DNA of 64,000 nt, taken from assembly GCA_965243305.1 (NCBI GenBank), contig CBDEUN010000003.1, forward strand, positions 150,286 through 214,285, written 5' to 3'. Below are positions 60,867-64,000 of the stretch, one piece after another; positions within the stretch are counted from its first letter, which is position 1; the number at the start of each line of letters is the position of its first letter. The translations under genes and the position numbers were made by a program. Under the pieces are notes generated by a model. It did no database searches and was not told where the DNA came from. It saw only the letters and a list, made by a program, of their open reading frames with translations. The DNA comes from Arenicellales bacterium (GTDB taxonomy: Bacteria > Pseudomonadota > Gammaproteobacteria > Arenicellales > JAJDZL01).

Positions 60867-61070
60867 TCAGGCAAAGAACTACGCCTTTTTCTATGAATAT
60901 CACCGATCGTGCATCTGGTTGCTATTCCATTTATTCGCTGGAAACGTTGACTGAATTAAAATGGGTAAGCGAACTTCATCCTCACTTTCACAAAAGGAAG
61001 ACATCTCGTCTTGTGCCAGTCATTCAATTCACTTTAGACGTCTGAAGTGCAACTAACTTGAGGAAAAATC

Positions 61071-62537
61071 ATGGACCAGTTTCAGCAGTATATTGACGGT
61101 GGCTTCCAAAACGGCAGCGACACGTTTGAAACAGTTAACCCGGCGAACGGAGAACCATGGGCTTTGATGCCCGAAGCTCGTAGAGAGGACGTCAATAATG
61201 CTGTCGCCTCTGCGGCAAGAGCACTACACGATCCGAGGTGGGCAGGACTGAGCGCTACGCAACGCGGCAAACTGCTTTACCGACTTGCAGAACTGCTTGA
61301 AAAGAATGCCAAGGCAATAGCAAAGATCGAAACTCGCGATACTGGAAAAATAATTCGAGAGACAAGTGCACAAATTAACTATGTCGCAGATTTCTACCGT
61401 TACTATGCGGGTCTTGCCGACAAGATGGAAGGAGCTCATCTGCCAATCGACCGACCTGACATGGAGGTATGGCTCAAACGAGAACCCGTTGGTGTCGTTG
61501 CAGCCATTGTTCCGTGGAACAGTCAGTTGTTTTTGTCCGCTGTCAAACTTGGCCCTGCATTGGCTGCTGGTTGTACAGTTGTCCTTAAAGCATCAGAAGA
61601 CGGTGCGGCTCCGGTTTTGACATTTGCACGGCTGATTGATGAAGCCGGATTCCCACCCGGAGTTGTCAATGTCATCACCGGTTTTGGACCGGAGTGCGGT
61701 TCCGTTCTGGCATCCCATCCCCAGGTCTCCCGCGTTGCATTTACGGGCGGACCTGAAACAGCTCGACACATCGTGCGACATTGTGCGGAAAATCTCGCGA
61801 GTTCCTCTCTTGAACTGGGAGGCAAGTCACCCTTTGTTGTGTTTGAGGACGCGGACATTGAAAGCGCCACCAACACACAAGTTTCCGCTATATTTGCAGC
61901 CAGCGGACAAAGCTGCGTCGCCGGTTCACGATTGATCATCCAAAGGTCAATTAAGGATGCCTTTATTGAAAGACTGAAGCACACCGCTCAGAATGTGATC
62001 GTTGATGATCCATCTGACATGCGCACGGAAGTCGGACCGCTTTGTACCCTAAGACAGCGAAACTGGATCAATGAAGTCGTGGAATCCACCATTGATGCTG
62101 GTGCCAAACTAGTTGCAGGTGGTGCTAATATCGACCGGCCGGGATTTTTCTATCAGCCAACCATACTGGACTGTTCCGAGCATCCCGATGCACCTTCTGT
62201 TAGAAAGGAACTCTTCGGACCTGTGCTTTCGGTTCTCACATTTGACACCGAAGAAGAGGCTGTCGAAATGGCCAACGATACTGAGTATGGACTTGCTGCC
62301 GGTGTGTTTACCCGCAGTCTCGCCAAGGCGCATCGTATGATCAATCAGATAGACGCAGGAATTATCTGGGTCAACTCCTACCGCTCTGTCTCTCCAATCG
62401 CACCATTCGGTGGACATGGTCTATCAGGATATGGCCGAGAAGGAGGAATTGAAGCGGCACTGGAATATACAAAGGTAAAGAGTGTCTGGCTAAACACTTC
62501 AGAAGATACCATTCCAGACCCCTTTCTGATGCGTTAA
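61071..62537 (+). CDS. NAD(P)-dependent aldehyde dehydrogenase
   Basis: PWN, FTGG, LELGGKS, GQSCVAG, ELFGPV, YGLAAG. Confidence 0.93.
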   Translation: MDQFQQYIDGGFQNGSDTFETVNPANGEPWALMPEARREDVNNAVASAARALHDPRWAGLSATQRGKLLYRLAELLEKNAKAIAKIETRDTGKIIRETSAQINYVADFYRYYAGLADKMEGAHLPIDRPDMEVWLKREPVGVVAAIVPWNSQLFLSAVKLGPALAAGCTVVLKASEDGAAPVLTFARLIDEAGFPPGVVNVITGFGPECGSVLASHPQVSRVAFTGGPETARHIVRHCAENLASSSLELGGKSPFVVFEDADIESATNTQVSAIFAASGQSCVAGSRLIIQRSIKDAFIERLKHTAQNVIVDDPSDMRTEVGPLCTLRQRNWINEVVESTIDAGAKLVAGGANIDRPGFFYQPTILDCSEHPDAPSVRKELFGPVLSVLTFDTEEEAVEMANDTEYGLAAGVFTRSLAKAHRMINQIDAGIIWVNSYRSVSPIAPFGGHGLSGYGREGGIEAALEYTKVKSVWLNTSEDTIPDPFLMR

Positions 62538-62595
62538 ATCTTCTGTGCTTCCTCTATCAAAATCCCTGAATCTCCTCTGAATCGGAATCGGACTG

Positions 62596-63942
62596 TTGTC
62601 AGAGAACAAAATCTACTCTGTCAGTGAGTTGAATGCTCAGGCAAAGGAGCTGCTGGAAAACAGTTTCAGTCAGATTAGTTTGTGCGGCGAGGTTTCAAGC
62701 ATCACAAAGTCAAATGCGGGCCATTATTATTTTTCGCTGAAAGACAAATCTGCCGAGATTAGTTGCGTGCTGTTTGCCCGTACTGTCTACCGAAACAAAA
62801 TTCGGCAGATTCCTGATCATGGCAGAGAGGTTGTTCTTGAAGGCTACCTTACGATTTTTTCTCAAAGAGGAAGTTACCAGTTTTTTGTTGAAAATGTTCA
62901 AATCGAAAGTTCAAAGGAAGGTGAACTTTACCAAGAGTATTTGCGGCTTAAAAAGGAACTTGATGAGTTGGGATACTTTGATCCAGAGAATAAAAAGAGT
63001 TTACCCACATTTCCACGTCGAGTTGGAATCATAACATCACCAACTGGCGCAGCTGTACACGACATCATTCAAGCATTCAAACGCAGAAACCCAACAATTC
63101 AATTGACGCTTTTTCCAACCTCAGTCCAAGGCGAAAATGCACCCAAAGAAATCACGGCGGCGATTGAACTTGCGAATCAGCTAATGAATGTTGACGTACT
63201 TCTCATCAGCCGGGGTGGCGGCTCACTTGAAGACCTTTCGGTGTTCAATGATCGATCCGTAGCAGACGCAGTTTTCTTGAGCAGAATTCCGATAGTAAGC
63301 GGGATAGGACATGATACTGACGTGACAATTGTTGACTGGGTGGCAGATAAACCAATGCCGACACCTACCGCTGCGGCTGAGATGATCAGCACACCCTCAA
63401 TAAATGAAATGCTTCTGAAACTGTCGACGTTCGAAACAGATTTACAAAATAGAGTTCTTTCCAGACTGGGCGAATTCACACAACAGATCGATCTGGCAGA
63501 GGCAAGGCTTGTACACCCGAAAGAAAGAATTACAAATTTGAAAAGTCAGTTCAGTGCCTATGGTAAACGGCTTGTTTCGGAGATCAGCCGCACCGTCGAT
63601 ACGCAAAGCGGAACGGTCAAAGTCAACTACCAAAGACTGTTGAATCAATCACCGACGCCAAGAATTGATCAGTATTCCAAAGATCTCGTTTCTGCTGCTG
63701 ATCGCCTCATGCAATCAACTACAAACTTACAGGATAAATTCGCCGCCCGGGTTGAATCGCTTGTAACACAATTGGAAACCATGAATCCGCAAGCAACACT
63801 CAATCGCGGCTACGCGATTGTTCGAAGCAAAAAGGATAACACCATCCTGACAGACGCAAATTCTGTTTCACCAGGTGACAAAGTCAAAGCACAACTTGCC
63901 AAGGGCGCGCTTGATCTTGATGTGGAATCAATCAGTTCCTGA
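62596..63942 (+). CDS. xseA: Exodeoxyribonuclease VII large subunit
   Basis: SVSELN, GHYYFSLKD, ITSPTGAA, RGGGSLEDL, GIGHDTD, TPTAAAE, LNRGYA. Confidence 0.96.
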   Translation: MSENKIYSVSELNAQAKELLENSFSQISLCGEVSSITKSNAGHYYFSLKDKSAEISCVLFARTVYRNKIRQIPDHGREVVLEGYLTIFSQRGSYQFFVENVQIESSKEGELYQEYLRLKKELDELGYFDPENKKSLPTFPRRVGIITSPTGAAVHDIIQAFKRRNPTIQLTLFPTSVQGENAPKEITAAIELANQLMNVDVLLISRGGGSLEDLSVFNDRSVADAVFLSRIPIVSGIGHDTDVTIVDWVADKPMPTPTAAAEMISTPSINEMLLKLSTFETDLQNRVLSRLGEFTQQIDLAEARLVHPKERITNLKSQFSAYGKRLVSEISRTVDTQSGTVKVNYQRLLNQSPTPRIDQYSKDLVSAADRLMQSTTNLQDKFAARVESLVTQLETMNPQATLNRGYAIVRSKKDNTILTDANSVSPGDKVKAQLAKGALDLDVESISS

Positions 63943-64000
63943 GTAAAGATTCAGCGCTTAGAATCAAAGGGATTTTTACCGGAGCGAAAGACAACGCGCA

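Overview
Chromosomal segment of a gammaproteobacterium. The taxon is inferred from gene content and order: mrcA, aroKB, gltBD, pyrF, hemE, clpB, nadC, rluD/bamD, nadE, aat, slt, proS, folE2-dxs-ispA-xseB, guaAB, xseA. Four accessory regions interrupt this core. (1) 1-5113: an IS1380 followed by an Rpn/YhgA-family PD-(D/E)XK nuclease gene. The gene is split at its V-E-H-K motif by a 2.3-kb internally deleted RIT-like tyrosine-recombinase element (64-bp perfect inverted repeats, 6-bp direct repeat TTGTGG). Precise removal of the element restores a 315-aa ORF. (2) 11.8-16.6 kb: an McrBC-type locus with two McrB paralogues that share a near-duplicate GTPase domain but have unrelated N-terminal domains, followed by one McrC. 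(3) 38.1-39.9 kb: a second, inverted IS1380 copy with a CGATT target duplication. (4) 49.1-57.7 kb, between xseB and the guaA 3' end: an IS1595 relic, katG, and a 4.6-kb IS1595-family transposon. Both terminal repeats of this transposon carry inward-facing promoters, and its cargo is a coupled operon that includes a methyltransferase-HNH fusion. An IS110 separates that operon from its promoter. The IS110 has a structured leader (candidate bridge RNA) containing 11 nt complementary to a plausible empty target site. No rRNA, tRNA or CRISPR array was seen. All family assignments come from motif recognition by eye; no searches were run.
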